The position numbers were made by a program, and so were the translations under genes. The notes below the pieces were generated by a model. That model was not told the origin of the DNA, made no database searches, and was given only the letters and a program-made list of their open reading frames with translations. A stretch of DNA of 64,000 nt. Source: Camelus ferus (taxonomy: Eukaryota). Position 1 is the first letter of the stretch, and each line of letters begins with the position of its first letter. The DNA lies in NCBI RefSeq assembly GCF_009834535.1, contig NC_045696.1, positions 114,578,001 through 114,642,000 on the forward strand, read 5' to 3'. This document shows positions 1 through 12,020 of this stretch, one piece after another.

Positions 1-1998
1 CAATGTATCCTAACTTAGAGGTGGATTTTTTTTGCCATGGCTGTGTCTCAGATGTTTCCGTGGGAGTGAGGTGTTTTAAGTAGTGTCATTCTTGTTATTT
101 TAGGATTCTTCACACTTTGCAGAATCCTGCTTAGTCCAGCGGCTGCTGTGCATATGTTCACAAAGGCAATGTATAGGCAGGGTCAGAAAATTGGCATCAA
201 AATTAAGAAATTATAACTTCTAAGGGGACATTTGGGGAAACTTGGAGCAGACAAGTAGGAGGTTGCTTATTTTAAGAATGCAGAAATAGTACCTATCCTA
301 GAGGGAAAATACTGCGTACCAAGGATAGATTAACAAAAGGTGTTTACGAGACTGAGAGGCAAAATAGGTCATTTGTGATGGAGTGGTTGGAAAGAGGGAC
401 AGAAATAAAAACACATTTCAGCCAAGGATCTGATTTGGGACAGTAAATAAATAAAATACTAGTGAATGTGTGCTGTGGTTTGAACTGAGTCAATTAATAC
501 TACAAAGAGGAGAGAGGGAAAGAGTCAGAAATAGCCAGCATGTTGATTCATATATTATTGCTCTTCTTTTTTTCCTGGAATTTTTGAGAAGTGAGTGTGT
601 TAAACTGATGGGGAGTTACAGGTGGAGAATATTGAACTCTAGACAGTTTACATAAGGATTGAAAAGAGTGGTATGAATACATTATCTTGAGAATATACGT
701 GGTGGGGCTGGGGAGCAAGTCAGGAGACTTCTGGAATATAACTGGAATGCATGTAACTAAAGGAATATCAAAGTGAGACTAAATGACCGGATCCGAAGGG
801 GTTCATCTTTTTCTAAGTTTTCTCTCAGTGAAGACGTCTTGAATTATATATTTCTGAATGAGTATGATCCGTTGAGAAATGGTCCCAGGAAGCAAGAAAT
901 GTTATCAAGTAATAAGTCATTTTTCTCCTCTTTATGTGAAATCTACAAACACGTGAGCTAGCAGCCACTGTTTCTAATGACCAAGAGGGAGAATGAATTA
1001 CTACCTTAGGTTAATGTACTGTGGCTGTGGCCTTTTAATCAGTCTGTCCATCTCCAGCTTGGGAAAAAAAAAAAAAAGTGATTTTTATTAAGTTCTCTGA
1101 AATACTGAAAATAAATTCTTCAGCTTTCTGCTTGAATTAACAGACTTTCCATGTTCCCCTGGGGAGTGGCGGGGGGCAGGTGCTTTGAGAATGACACAGA
1201 ATTTAAAGATGAAAATGAAGAACTTCTCCTTCTTCTGCATTTCTAATCATAGTAGTTATTTTTAAACGGAATATTTCGTATAGAAGCTTGGGAGAAATCC
1301 AAGTTGTTGGCTGTATTTTTACTAAGACCCCATAGGCTTTATCATTTTTCTCTTAACCTAATTTTTAGAGTGAAGGTGCTCTGAGAAGGTTTTTGGAGCC
1401 CCTGGTTCTTGCAAGGTTCATGTCTGTAAGGTATCCTATCAGTTAAGCTAGAAGGAGCAAAGAAAAGAGGTGGAGAAATATTATTTTTACCTGATGATAC
1501 AATTCCTCCGTTGGATATATTAAGTGGAAAAAAAGTGATAGGAAAGCCAGTGCCCCAGAATTGAGATACACACAGAGGTATCAAGGGAAAGAAAGCATCA
1601 AATGTAATTTAAAAGGGAATAGAATTGTTAGATGAAAGGCAAGTGCTAGAAAGGATGTGATTTTTAAAAAAAACGTCCTGCCATAGGTAGACCCCTGGGG
1701 TGTCCTATTCAAGCCCCGCTGTGATACAGCGACTGCAGCCATGTGTGGGTCTGTGTGCGTTTGTGTGTGTGTGTTCACCCAAAGTTATGAAAGAGGTGTA
1801 CAAAACAGGCTTGAATATATCCTAAGAAAGCAAAATAGTAATAATATGTGATTCGTTCAAGTGAAAAATGATTTAAGCCTGTAAATGGATAAAGAAAACT
1901 ATGCAAAAACTTAGGCTTCATGTAAGTACTCCAGGAGAAATAAACTTGCCACACTTATGATTCATGGCATCTCTCCTTGGCTAAGTTTTAGTAGTGCA

Positions 1999-2352
1999 AA
2001 CCACTTAGCACAATTGGTTATAAGGTTCTGCCTTTTGATGCTAAGGCTGTGGGTTTCACTTCCCACCTGGACCCGACAGCTACAACATATGGACCACTTA
2101 GCAGAGTTTTGTAGCCTGACTCCCTGCTACAGCTAGACGTGCACTCCGGGTAACCCAGATGTGCCCGTCCTTGCTCAGACAACCCAGAATGTCTGTCCTG
2201 CTGAAGCATCTTGGCACAACAGAAGCTGCTGAGTGTAGACAATGATGTTGCCATAAATTTGACACTAAGGTCCTGTCCTTGGGTAGTGTGGATAAGATCC
2301 CATTGCCTTCTGTAGATTGTTTTGTCAAGAAATTAGTTTCCACAAAGTAAAT
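1999..2352 (+). mobile_element. Ancient tRNA-headed SINE with Deu-like body (AmnSINE2-like), apparently near full length
   Basis: 1999-2073 is a decayed tRNA-like head: A-box-like TAGCACAATTGG at 2006-2017 and B-box-like GGGTTTCACTTCCC at 2051-2064. The body has AGGTCCTGTC (2268-2277) and AAGATCCCATTGC (2294-2306), which resemble the DeuSINE central domain as I recall it. The 3' half is repeated at 3621-3784. Confidence 0.55.
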
Positions 2353-3620
2353 ATAACTTGTAGCCGAAGCGGGTAATACTAACCTTTGGTAAGAACCCCC
2401 ACTCTGTAATCAGCGTTGCTTGATTATTCAGTTAGTCTGGCATCTCCATCTGTCAATTAAGAGTTCTAATCAGGCGTATATTTCTATCTGTCTCTCATCA
2501 ACTCAGGACTTTGTAATGAGTCATTAAACCCCACTAAGAACTGAGAGAGATAGAAGCTTCCTGTACATTCAATATAAGTCTGCTGCCAAGACGCTTTGTA
2601 TCAGTCCCAGAGCATTATCAGTCTCTGAAAAGTCTAGTGTTAAACACAGGGTCCTCACCAGCTGCATTTTCACACTTCCAGCTATGGTATAGATGTGTAT
2701 TCGTAGAATTTAAGATAATTCCATCTTCTACATGCTGTTCAAAAATGCCTGCCACTGTTGTTAATGTCTTTCTGAAGAGCCTCACTCTTTGTGTGGCTTC
2801 TCAGCCCTTCGATCCTCTCTAATCTGGATAATCTCTGTACTTCACCTCTCTGATTTGGGGTAGGGAATAGCTTTGGGAAGCTTGAATTTTACCTAAGACC
2901 CCAGACTGAACAGCATAAATGACACTGTCTATTTCCTGTCTATCTCTCATGCATCTTCTTTCCTGAGTGAAGACATCCGCCCTGTCTCTCCAGGAGAAGC
3001 CCACGCTCTCAGCCAGGAACTCAGGCTGCCTTATTTAATAATCCCAACCTGGGCGGCATCCAGCTGCATAAGGACCATTCATTCATTTACTTTTGTCTTT
3101 TCAGCAGCCAAGATGTCCCAGAGCCTTGTGAGGAAGCATCTGTATTTCTTGGGGGGAAAAAAAATGGGAAAGAAGTAGAAAAATAACCATCTCTTACATA
3201 GGTAGTATACCTTACGGCTTATATCTTTGATTTCTTGTCGTTCTCTCCACAGCCCTATGAAATAAACAATTGTTGAAGCTATTTTACTAAATAATAATTT
3301 AAAAAAAACCCTAAGGCTCAGAGACTCAAATACATCAGTAAGAAATGAAAGCGAGAACTTTAAAGTCCACATCATCTTCCACGCTCTCCCTGTAAAGCGT
3401 CTTTCCAAAGGCTTATTTCCCAGGAAACTTTTTCTGTGACACCTGCCAGCTCAGCTGATAGGAAAGTGTCATCACTTTAAGACGGGAGAGGAGAACGTGT
3501 CCAGAAGCCGTTGGCCATCCTCTCCTGCGAGCGCGATCATGCAGGGCTGCAAAGGTGAGGGCGGTAATTACACCTTGGCAGGAATTTTCAAGTGTTAATT
3601 ATCTCAGTGTTCTGGAAGCC

Positions 3621-3784
3621 CTGAGTTATTGCTTGGTGCCACTGAAGCTGTAGAGTGGAGAAAGTAACGCTGCCATAAATTTAAGAGTATAAGGTCCTCT
3701 CTTTGGATAGTGATACAGATGAAATTCCAATGCAGTTTCTAGATTGCATAGGTTGTTAAGAAATTAGTTTCTACCCAATGAAAT
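3621..3784 (+). mobile_element. Second, 5'-truncated copy of the same ancient element (homologous to 2201-2352)
   Basis: Colinear alignment with 2201-2352, roughly 70% identical by eye. Identical blocks include TGCCATAAATTT, TAAGGTCCT, TAGATTG and AAGAAATTAGTTTC. Confidence 0.65.
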
Positions 3785-4234
3785 TTTCTGTTTGTCTATT
3801 CATAGCAGTAGAAAAATATCTATGATAAATTTCTGAGGCTGTGGGTTGGGAGGAGGTAGGAGGGACATGGAAATAAGGTGTATGTCTAGGCACTGATAAT
3901 AAATAAATACACAGCAAGTAAATAAGGCCTAGAATATAAGCAATGGCAAGAAGGTTTCAGACTTCTGGCTCTGTCCCAGCATTTTAAAATCCAAGGATTG
4001 CTGCCTCTGTACTTTGCCCTCCATTGTGCGACATAAAAGCCGGGTCTCTCAACGAGACTTAGCTCAGGACAGGAAAGCTTCACCTGGTGTAGGGGCTGAT
4101 CATATACGGTGTATGCTAGGGAGTGGCTAATTCAGAGACATTGTGCTCATTCATCTCAGGAATCTAAAAGCCCAGAGGGCTTCACATTTTTTTTTGTTAC
4201 ACTATTTGATTTTTTTTTTTTTAATTTTGTAGGC

Positions 4235-4559
4235 TTCTACAGACTGAATGTTTGTGTCCTCTCCAAATTTATAGACTAAATCCTAATGGGTGATGTGATG
4301 GTATTGGGAGGTGGGGCTTTTGGGAAGCAATTAAGCTGGAGCCCTCACGAGTGGGATTAGTGCCCTTCTGAAAGAGACCCCAGAGAGCTCCCTGGCCCTT
4401 TCCACCACGTGGAGACACAGGAAGAAGACCACCATCTATAAACCAGGAGATGCTGGCATCTTGAACTTCCTGGCCTCCAGAACTGTGAAAAATGCATTTG
4501 TTGTCGATAAGCCACTCAGTCTACTATATCCTCTTATAGTGGCCCAAACAGACTAAGAT
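4235..4559 (+). mobile_element. ERVL-MaLR solo LTR (MLT1A/MST-like)
   Basis: Typical start ...ACTGAATGTTTGTGTCC, internal GGAGCCCTCACGAGTGGGATTAGTGCCCTT and CCTCCAGAACTGTGA, and end CCCAAACAGACTAAGA. Confidence 0.9.
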
Positions 4560-5444
4560 TTGGGCTGAAGGCTTATATTAACCAGGTGAACTTAACGCCC
4601 AAATAAGAGGAAACTGTTTCTGAAATTATGATATTGGCACAGTCATGTTTAGGTGTGATGCTAAAATCCTACATTGGCCATATGTAGACATCAGTCATAA
4701 TTAATGATTATTTTCCTTCCTTTGGGTTCTCACCCACTTCCCTTGTCTCTTATCTGGCATCTTCAACTGTCATCACCTAAATGAAGAGAATGTTCAAAGG
4801 ATGCAAAATGGGCTTCAGACAGCTCCCCCCGGCAGGACACCCACACGCTGTCAGCAGTGCTATCAGCCTTAGCAAAGAGAGAAAGCAGCACTGAAATCAA
4901 ATTGATGTTTCGAAATCACGAGTTACTCGTTGGAAAGTGAGGAATGAAGATAACCAGCATTTGTATCTTTTATTAAGGTAGATAGCATAATTCTCTTCTA
5001 GAAACGGTTTGTGTGAAGATAACAACCCAGTAGTGGCTTAAAAACTGTTGGTAAGAAGCCACAGGTGGTAGAATCTTTCTTATTGTTATCTCCGTAAAAG
5101 TAAATTATTTACTAAAAGGCACGAGTACGTTTTTCCCGTTGTCACTACCCTTTCCTTACTCGTATTTATCACCTCTTGCTTTTCAAAATACCTCCTCCGT
5201 GGCTTTTTATTTGATCCAAAAGGATGTTTGCTAGCTCTCAAAAGAACAGTGGCAACAACAAAAACCTTGCCTAATAAAAGGAGATGTAAATAAAACACTC
5301 TGGAAATAAAACACGGCTAAATGTAGCTGAAACTATCCAGGAGGAAGAGAGCAGCGAGCTCCCTGCCCCACGTCGTGGTGGGACGATTCTCTAGGTCGGT
5401 CAGGGCTGCTGTAATTCACAAACAGCTCTGTTACAGGCAAGGAG

Positions 5445-5660
5445 TACTTTACATGAGTTCAACGTCATTTCATCATCGGAACAGTCCTATGAGTTTAAAG
5501 TCATCTCATGATCAAGACAACCTGAGACTAGTGTCATTATTTTTATTTTGCAGATGAAGAATCCGTGGCACAGAGACATTGAGTAATTTGCCCAAGTGAT
5601 GCAGTTAGTAATCGAGACTTTGAACCCCAGGAATCCGTCACCGGAGTCTGCCTTTTCATG
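5445..5660 (-). mobile_element. MIR SINE fragment
   Basis: MIR core in reverse orientation: ATTTTGCAGATGAAGAATCCGTGGCACAGAGA...TAATTTGCCCAAG...TTTGAACCCCAGG. Confidence 0.75.
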
Positions 5661-6859
5661 CATAGTTTATCGACAGAATTTGGTTTGGAGTAGAGGATGA
5701 ATTCACCCTTGAAAAACTCAACTCAAACACCAAAAATAGGCTTTTTACTTTAATCTTTCTTTCCCAACCACTCTCCAAGCAGCACTGTTGAATGTTAATG
5801 AGCCTCTATTTTATTCAACCTCAGCCAGTCATTTGGGGGTAATTAATCTGAGTTTTGCACATCTAACCTCTCTTTTAATGAGTAAACTCTGAGCAAAGCA
5901 AGCTTCCAGCAGCGGGTGTTTGCTTCTACTTATAGAGGCAAATAAGCAGCATATATTTGGTTCCTGTTTCCCTGTCTTTCTTATCTGATTTGATAGTAAA
6001 GCGCAACGGGGACATCGTGAATCAGGGTATAACGATTTGTTTTAGCAACCGATTGTGGGGACCCTCACACACACAGACACCCAAACCTATCAACAAAAGA
6101 CAAACAGAGCCCATGATTTACACAGCCAACACGTAGGCACTAGTCATTCTCAGGCGCCGTCAGGGGTGTTCAAACAGAAAACTGTCAGCGAGCAACGTTT
6201 GCTGTTCAGGAATGATCCGCGTAAAAACAGAACCATACTGTTCTTCCCACTCCCATTCATTTTGTGTCCTTTTTTTACTTTTTACCATGCTTGAGGATTT
6301 GAGGCATCCTTGAATTTTGGTTTGTAATATGTCTGATCCTAGTTCCCCAAGACTTTTTTTTTTTTTTTTTTTTTGCCATTGGACAGAAAGGAAATTCATT
6401 TATTTGATAGAACAGCACAACAAACTCATGTTTGCATCAAAATAATCAAACCACTATCCATCAAGATACAGGCAAAAAAGCAGAGACATAAGGATACTTG
6501 CTTCTCTTGAACTATTGTAGCAGAAGCGGGACTATTCTCATGAAGCTCCTGACAATAACGCAACAGGGCTCTCGGGGAAGGGGTCTGGGAGACCCTGATA
6601 GATTCATAAAATTCTTGAAGGTGTTTAAAGGAGATGAGCGTAGGAACAAGGTGCTGCTTCAGAGAATAGGACATAAGAGTAACTTGGGATGTAGGATTGC
6701 TCAAAGGGGTATCGGTTAGGGAAGACACGCGCTAAGCCTTTGACCAAGTCTGTAGGAAAATTTGTACTAGGGGACGCAGTGCCTCCAGCCCTTTTGTGAT
6801 GTGCTGTGTTTTGAGTCAGGGCGGACCTATCACAATCCCGTGGAGATTAAATATGTTTT

Positions 6860-6861
<2 letters not shown>

Positions 6862-6900
<39 letters not shown>

Positions 6901-6906
6901 TGTGTT
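6862..6906. repeat. (TG)n microsatellite, imperfect
   Basis: Directly visible. Confidence 0.95.
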
Positions 6907-7094
6907 TGCACACGCACTCAGCTTTGCCTCCATCTTCAGCCTGACATTGGGAGACTAGGGAAGGACTGTGAGGGAGACCCTGGGTCGGGGGAGAGGCAGC
7001 CCTGCCACGGGGTTTGACTTTTATACTTTTGTTCTAATCCTTGAACATGACATAAAAGAAAGCAACAAGTTAAAAAGAAAATGGTAGAAACTTT

Positions 7095-7310
7095 GGAGCC
7101 AGGCAGCCAAGAGCTTCAAGCACAGCTCAGCCATTTCCTTTTGTCTGTCATCGGGCAAGCTTCTCGTCCTACTTTTTAGTTGACCCTTATGTGAAATGGG
7201 AGCATCACCATCTAACTTGCAACAGTGTCGCGGGAATTTAGTAATACTGTGTAGTGAAACAGCTAAGCCAGAACCTGGTGTGGTGGTCGTAAAATTAATA
7301 AACACAAATA
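7095..7310 (+). mobile_element. MIR SINE fragment
   Basis: GGAGCCAG...CAGCTCAGCCATTT...GGGCAAG...TGTGAAATGGGAG matches the MIR layout. Confidence 0.6.
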
Positions 7311-7940
7311 TCAGCATTTTAAAACTATACCTATGAAACGGTTTACCAAACTGACAAGTTTGACAGAATTAACTGAATAATTAACTCAACAGACTAAACC
7401 TGATTGGTTTTAACCACATTTAATAGATTTCCTCCCACCACAGATTGAAACGGCTTATTTGACTGGTAGTGATTTTTTTTTGGGGGGGGGTTCTAATTGA
7501 TGCAGCCTTAACACAGGGCAAATACTCTGATAGCTACTTAGCCACAGGAACATAGCAACATACAAAAAGCTGGATTGAAAAATATTGATTAAAAGGTTTA
7601 TTTCTTCATATGTTTTTATAAGTGGTACACATCAAGGAGACTAATAAATAAGAAAAGGAGGACATATGCTGGTCATTTTATGAGTCAATGTCAAGAACTA
7701 AACACAAGATAGACTGTCTCCCCACCTTTTATCTCTGCCAAAGCAAACTGATGTAGGAAAATTAGCAAAAATTTTGGAATGAATTGATTAGAAAAAGATG
7801 AGTGGGTTTTTTTTCACCCAGGATTATTTGGAAATAAAAAATGTACTTGTCATTTGCAGTGTGCATGTGTTTTAATTATCAAATAAAGATGGAAGCATTT
7901 GAAACACTCAAAAGGACTAGTTTGTGAGTAGTTTAAAAGG

Positions 7941-8020
7941 AGAGGGATGGTATACGGGCTACCCGAGACTCACTGCAGGCACGGGGATGGCGTGTGTGTC
8001 ACATGAGACTCACTGCAGGT
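7941..8020 (+). repeat. Two-copy 40-bp tandem duplication
   Basis: 7941-7980 and 7981-8020 match at 28/40 positions, including an exact GAGACTCACTGCAGG. Confidence 0.8.
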
Positions 8021-9187
8021 GTAGTGGCTGCACTTCCTGTCACCTCTTTAAGAAACATCTGCCTTCACAACTGCCACCAGGGTAAATATACCACCAGGGT
8101 ATGTTTGTGCCTCAGGGGATGTCTTCAGTGTAGAGAACTCATGTATGTTAAGATATCTTATGGATTAACTTAAACTGTGTCATATTCTTCACTTCTACTG
8201 GAAACCCATTTGTTGCTGCAGAACATTTGATTCCATTTCAGCTTATTATGATTATCCTGTTTTTAACTTTAAAGTCTCATCTCCCAAACCAACGAAGACC
8301 ATTTTTTATTAGCACATCCCCAAAATAATTATTTAAAACATTAATATCCAGTCTCCTCTAAATTATTTTCTCAGTGCCTTTTAATAGCCTTTGAGAAGAC
8401 TTTAAAGTTTAGAGTGTTACTTATCAAAATTTATAAAATGCTTAGGAAAAGCATCTCCAAAATCTTCTGTCACATTGGTTCTGACTAGTAACGGGAGCCC
8501 GCCTTTAAACTGAACTAGTGTTTTGTGAACCAGGCAAACTAGTTTCCTTTATCCTTTGCTCTAAAGACTCTACTAGTAAATTTGTAAATGAAGGAGACTT
8601 TTAAAAACTCACTACATTTATCTATAACTTTTTTACTCTTATTAGAAATCACATAATAATGCAAGAGGGTTTATTTAAAGTGCATACCTATATGTATTAT
8701 GGTATCATATATGACTTAATAATAGCTAACGTTATCTGAGCTGTGATGGGGAAAATATACATCTTGGAGAAACTCCCAGATGGAAATTTTACAAAAGGAT
8801 GTTAGAAAAAAGAAGACCCGCCTGGATTTAGGCAGAGAGCAGCAAGTAAATGATGAGAGTAAAAAGAATGAGGGAGAAGGACTTGCTTGGGTAAACCAGA
8901 GGTCTGAGGAATGGAGGTGTAGTCAAGGTAGAATGGCGGGAAGAGTTGAGGAGGCTCAAAGGACAGGCTCGGCCTTGCTGACTGTGTAACTGTGGCCAAG
9001 TAATTTAGTTTTACTGGCTCTCAGTTTATTTATCAATAAAGAAAGAAGATGTGACATCATCATCAATTCCTGGGCTACAATTAGTATGACGTTATTCCAA
9101 CACCCAAGGCTGGGTCGTCCTCCATATCGTTACTCCTGTGGCTCCATTGGGACAAAACCTGGATTGTTTTTCCTGATGCTCTCTCTC

Positions 9188-9300
9188 TTTATTTTTTTAA
9201 ATTTTTTATTGAAGTGTGGTTGACTTACAACGTTAGTTTCAGGTGTACAGCAAAGTGATTCAGTTATACATGTACATATATACATACATTTTTTTTTCAG
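9188..9300 (-). mobile_element. L1 3'-end fragment
   Basis: T-rich tail followed by TTTTTATTGAAGTGTGGTTGACTTACAA...TTTCAGGTGTACAGCAAAGTGATTCAGTTATACA, the reverse of a laurasiatherian L1 3' terminus. Confidence 0.85.
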
Positions 9301-9303
9301 AGT

Positions 9304-9451
9304 CTTTTTTTGTTTAAATTTTTTGGTGGGGGGAGGTAATTAGGTTTATTTATTATTTATTTATTCTTGGAGGAGGTACTGGGGATGGAACCCAGGACCT
9401 CATGCACGCTAAGCATGCGCTCTACCGCTTGAGCTATACCCTCCCCCCCCC
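9304..9451 (-). mobile_element. tRNA-Ala-derived SINE (camelid vic-1 type)
   Basis: Reverse complement reads GGGGAGGGTATAGCTCAAGCGGTAGAGCGCATGCTTAGCGTGCATGAGGTCCTGGGTTCCATCCCCAGTACCTCC, then an AATAAA-rich tail and AAACCTAATTACCTCCCC. Near-identical copy at 59686-59818. Confidence 0.9.
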
Positions 9452-10004
9452 GATGCTGCCTTTTTCAGTTGCAGTTTGCACGTTGCCATTTGAAGTATTT
9501 GTTTCACACTACTGCTGCTTTGCATAATTTATGAGGTGTTGTTTTCAAGAACCATTTTGGTATTTAAATGACCTTATTTCCCAGAGAGTGTATTATTCAG
9601 GTATCGCCATCATCACAATGACAGAGTCAGGGGATGTTTGAGTTTAAAGGGCCTTCAGAGGAAAGCGTTGTTGAAGAGGATTTTATTTTTTAATTGTTGA
9701 TGAAGACCTACTCAATGGGATAAAAGCTCCAAAATAGAAATGGCCACGCAAATAATCACTGAATTGAAGTGTCAATTTAGATACGATCTGCTGCAAAGTA
9801 GCCAGTCATAGTTGTCAGCAGCTCTGCTTTTAATATGGAGCTGGTCCTACCCTACTGGAAACTATAATTTAAGGAGACAGTTTCTGTACATGTTGAATGG
9901 GTGACTTTATCAGAACAAAGTGGTCAAGTTCATGTTTCTAGACCTCCTTCAGCTTCATCATCATTATCACCATCCGATGACTGATGGAGCCTTTTCCGTG
10001 TGGC

Positions 10005-10420
10005 AGTACCTTGGGTCAGCTTTCCCCAGAAATCAGCTCTAAGATGGAGATTCATGTGCAGGAAATTCATTGGAAAGTGGTCTTGTGATCAAGACCTGAA
10101 AGAGAATGAGCAAAGCAGAATGAGACAGAAGGAGAGGTTGGGTTCAGTGTCATCACAGTAGAGGTCTCTTTTGCCCTCATGGGCAAAAGATCCACACCTG
10201 GCCTATCAGATATTTTCCTGAAATGACACAAGAGTGCTGTGGCTTTCTGCTGCCTCACTGACCAAACATTGGATGTAGGACACCCCCAGGAAGAGACAGC
10301 TCCCTGGCTGTGGGTGATTCCCAGACTCAACTGTGAGCCATCAACCACCAGCAGCAGTGCAGGGAGGCATGTGTGCCTCAGTCCGGAAGAGGGGACCCCC
10401 ATAATCAGGCACATAAGGGG
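10005..10420. mobile_element. Old ERVL-class LTR fragment (LTR16/33/41-like)
   Basis: CTTGGGTCAGCTTTCCCCAGAAATCAGCTCTAAGATGGAGATTCATGTGCAGGAAATTCATTGG resembles the terminus of old ERVL LTRs. Confidence 0.55.
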
Positions 10421-11493
10421 CGTATGTGGTTTATCTTATATAATCATAGCAATAACTTTATAGTTATCTATTATGATTATCTCGTTATTACCATGAGCGG
10501 AGAGACGCTTAGAGAATTAACTTGCTCGAGGTCACAGAGCAGTAAGTGTGTGTGGCTAGATTCTTAGATCTTTCTGACTCAAGTCTGAGCTCTTCCTTTT
10601 CTTTATCTTCTAAAGATAAAGTCCACCTGAAATTATTATGTTCTCTTGAACTAGGCTTTGTACTTTAGTTCCAAATTCATGCAAATACCATAGCAGAGTT
10701 ACAACTCCATCATCTTAAACTACTCCTTTCTCTCCACCTTAGGGATCTGAAACATGTGGCACATTATCTACACTAAGTAGTGATCTTAACCTGTAAGTTA
10801 AATTATTCCGCATCTAACATTTGGTCTGTGTACACACTTTGCTAAAATGTGGCTCTTCTGTTGAACTCCATTACTCCTGATATTATTGTCTGCAGTTACA
10901 GAATTTGGGAAGTGGAACTTGTGGATTTGGGTAGATGGGGGGTAGAATTTGATGGAGAGTGTACATAATATCTATCTCCTGTTTTTAAAAGATAAGACTC
11001 AAACAACATAATATCTGCAAAACAACTTGCTAAATACTAACTGGCTATCAGGTATCATATATCTTACAAAATAAGAAAAGAATAATTATGAGAGACTCAA
11101 TATTCAAAAAGCTGATATTAGCCCAACTCTTCTTTTGATTCTGGGTAAAATCTTTAAATAAAATGACATTTCTAAGTTGCAATTTTCCTCCAAAAATGAG
11201 TTTTTGTCATCTGCATTGATGTGACTTCCACACAATTTGTTTTCATAACTAACATGTGTATGTCTAAATGACACCAAATAAATTAGCTTGCCTTTTAAAT
11301 AAGTAATTAAAAAGACCTTTGGCTCATAGAGATAAAATTGTAAGAAGAAGTAATATTCAAATGTGATTATATTCTTTCTCCGTGTTCTCTACACACTGGT
11401 AATTGAGGATTTTGTCTAGACTTGGTACATTATGAAAAGCATTGTATTTCTTATGTATTCTCAATCTGTCCATTCTAGCCTCACTTAACATAC

Positions 11494-12020
11494 TGCATTA
11501 ATTAGTATTCCACTCGACTGTATGTAGCAGAAAATCCAACTCAAGCCGGATTAAGAAAAAATGGAATTTATTGATCCAAGTAATTAAAAAATCAGCACTG
11601 GGGCTTGCCTCAGGCCAGGAAGTCAGGCAACTCTCAAGCACCCGCTCCATCTCTCATTTCTCCTCTTTCTCTCTTGGTTGAATGGTCAGGTTTGCCCTTC
11701 CTCCCTGATGGCGAGATGGCTAGAGCAGTTCCTGTCGGTATCCTCCCTTGTTCAAAATAAACAAAGCGCACCTGCCTCACTCCTGAGGTCCAGCAGAAGT
11801 CTCATTTATCCCTCAGCTGTTCTGCACCCATCCCTCTGGCCAGGTCAAGGCTGAATCGAATCCATCTGGGAGTCGAGTCAACAACAGCCAACTTCCAAAG
11901 ATGTCTCCATGGCTGGGGTCAGAGGCAGCCCTTCTCAGAGTGTAACTGGTAATTACTTTTCCCAAAAGAATGTGGGGAAATAAATGTTGGATGGCTAAAA
12001 CCCAGTGAACATCCATCATT
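11494..12020 (-). mobile_element. Old MaLR LTR (MLT1J/K-like)
   Basis: AGCAGAAAATCCAACTCAAGCCGGATTAAGAAAAAATGGAATTTATTG at one end and GGAAATAAATGTTGGATGGC at the other. Confidence 0.7.

Noticed and set aside
1999..2073. Functional tRNA gene
   Set aside because: Stems and the B box are degenerate; treated as a SINE head or pseudogene.
2201..2352. Duplicated ~150-nt unit as a pair of H/ACA snoRNAs
   Set aside because: ANANNA-like boxes exist, but the ACA is missing in the second copy and its hairpin (3725-3752) is not conserved in the first. An ancient SINE explains the homology better.
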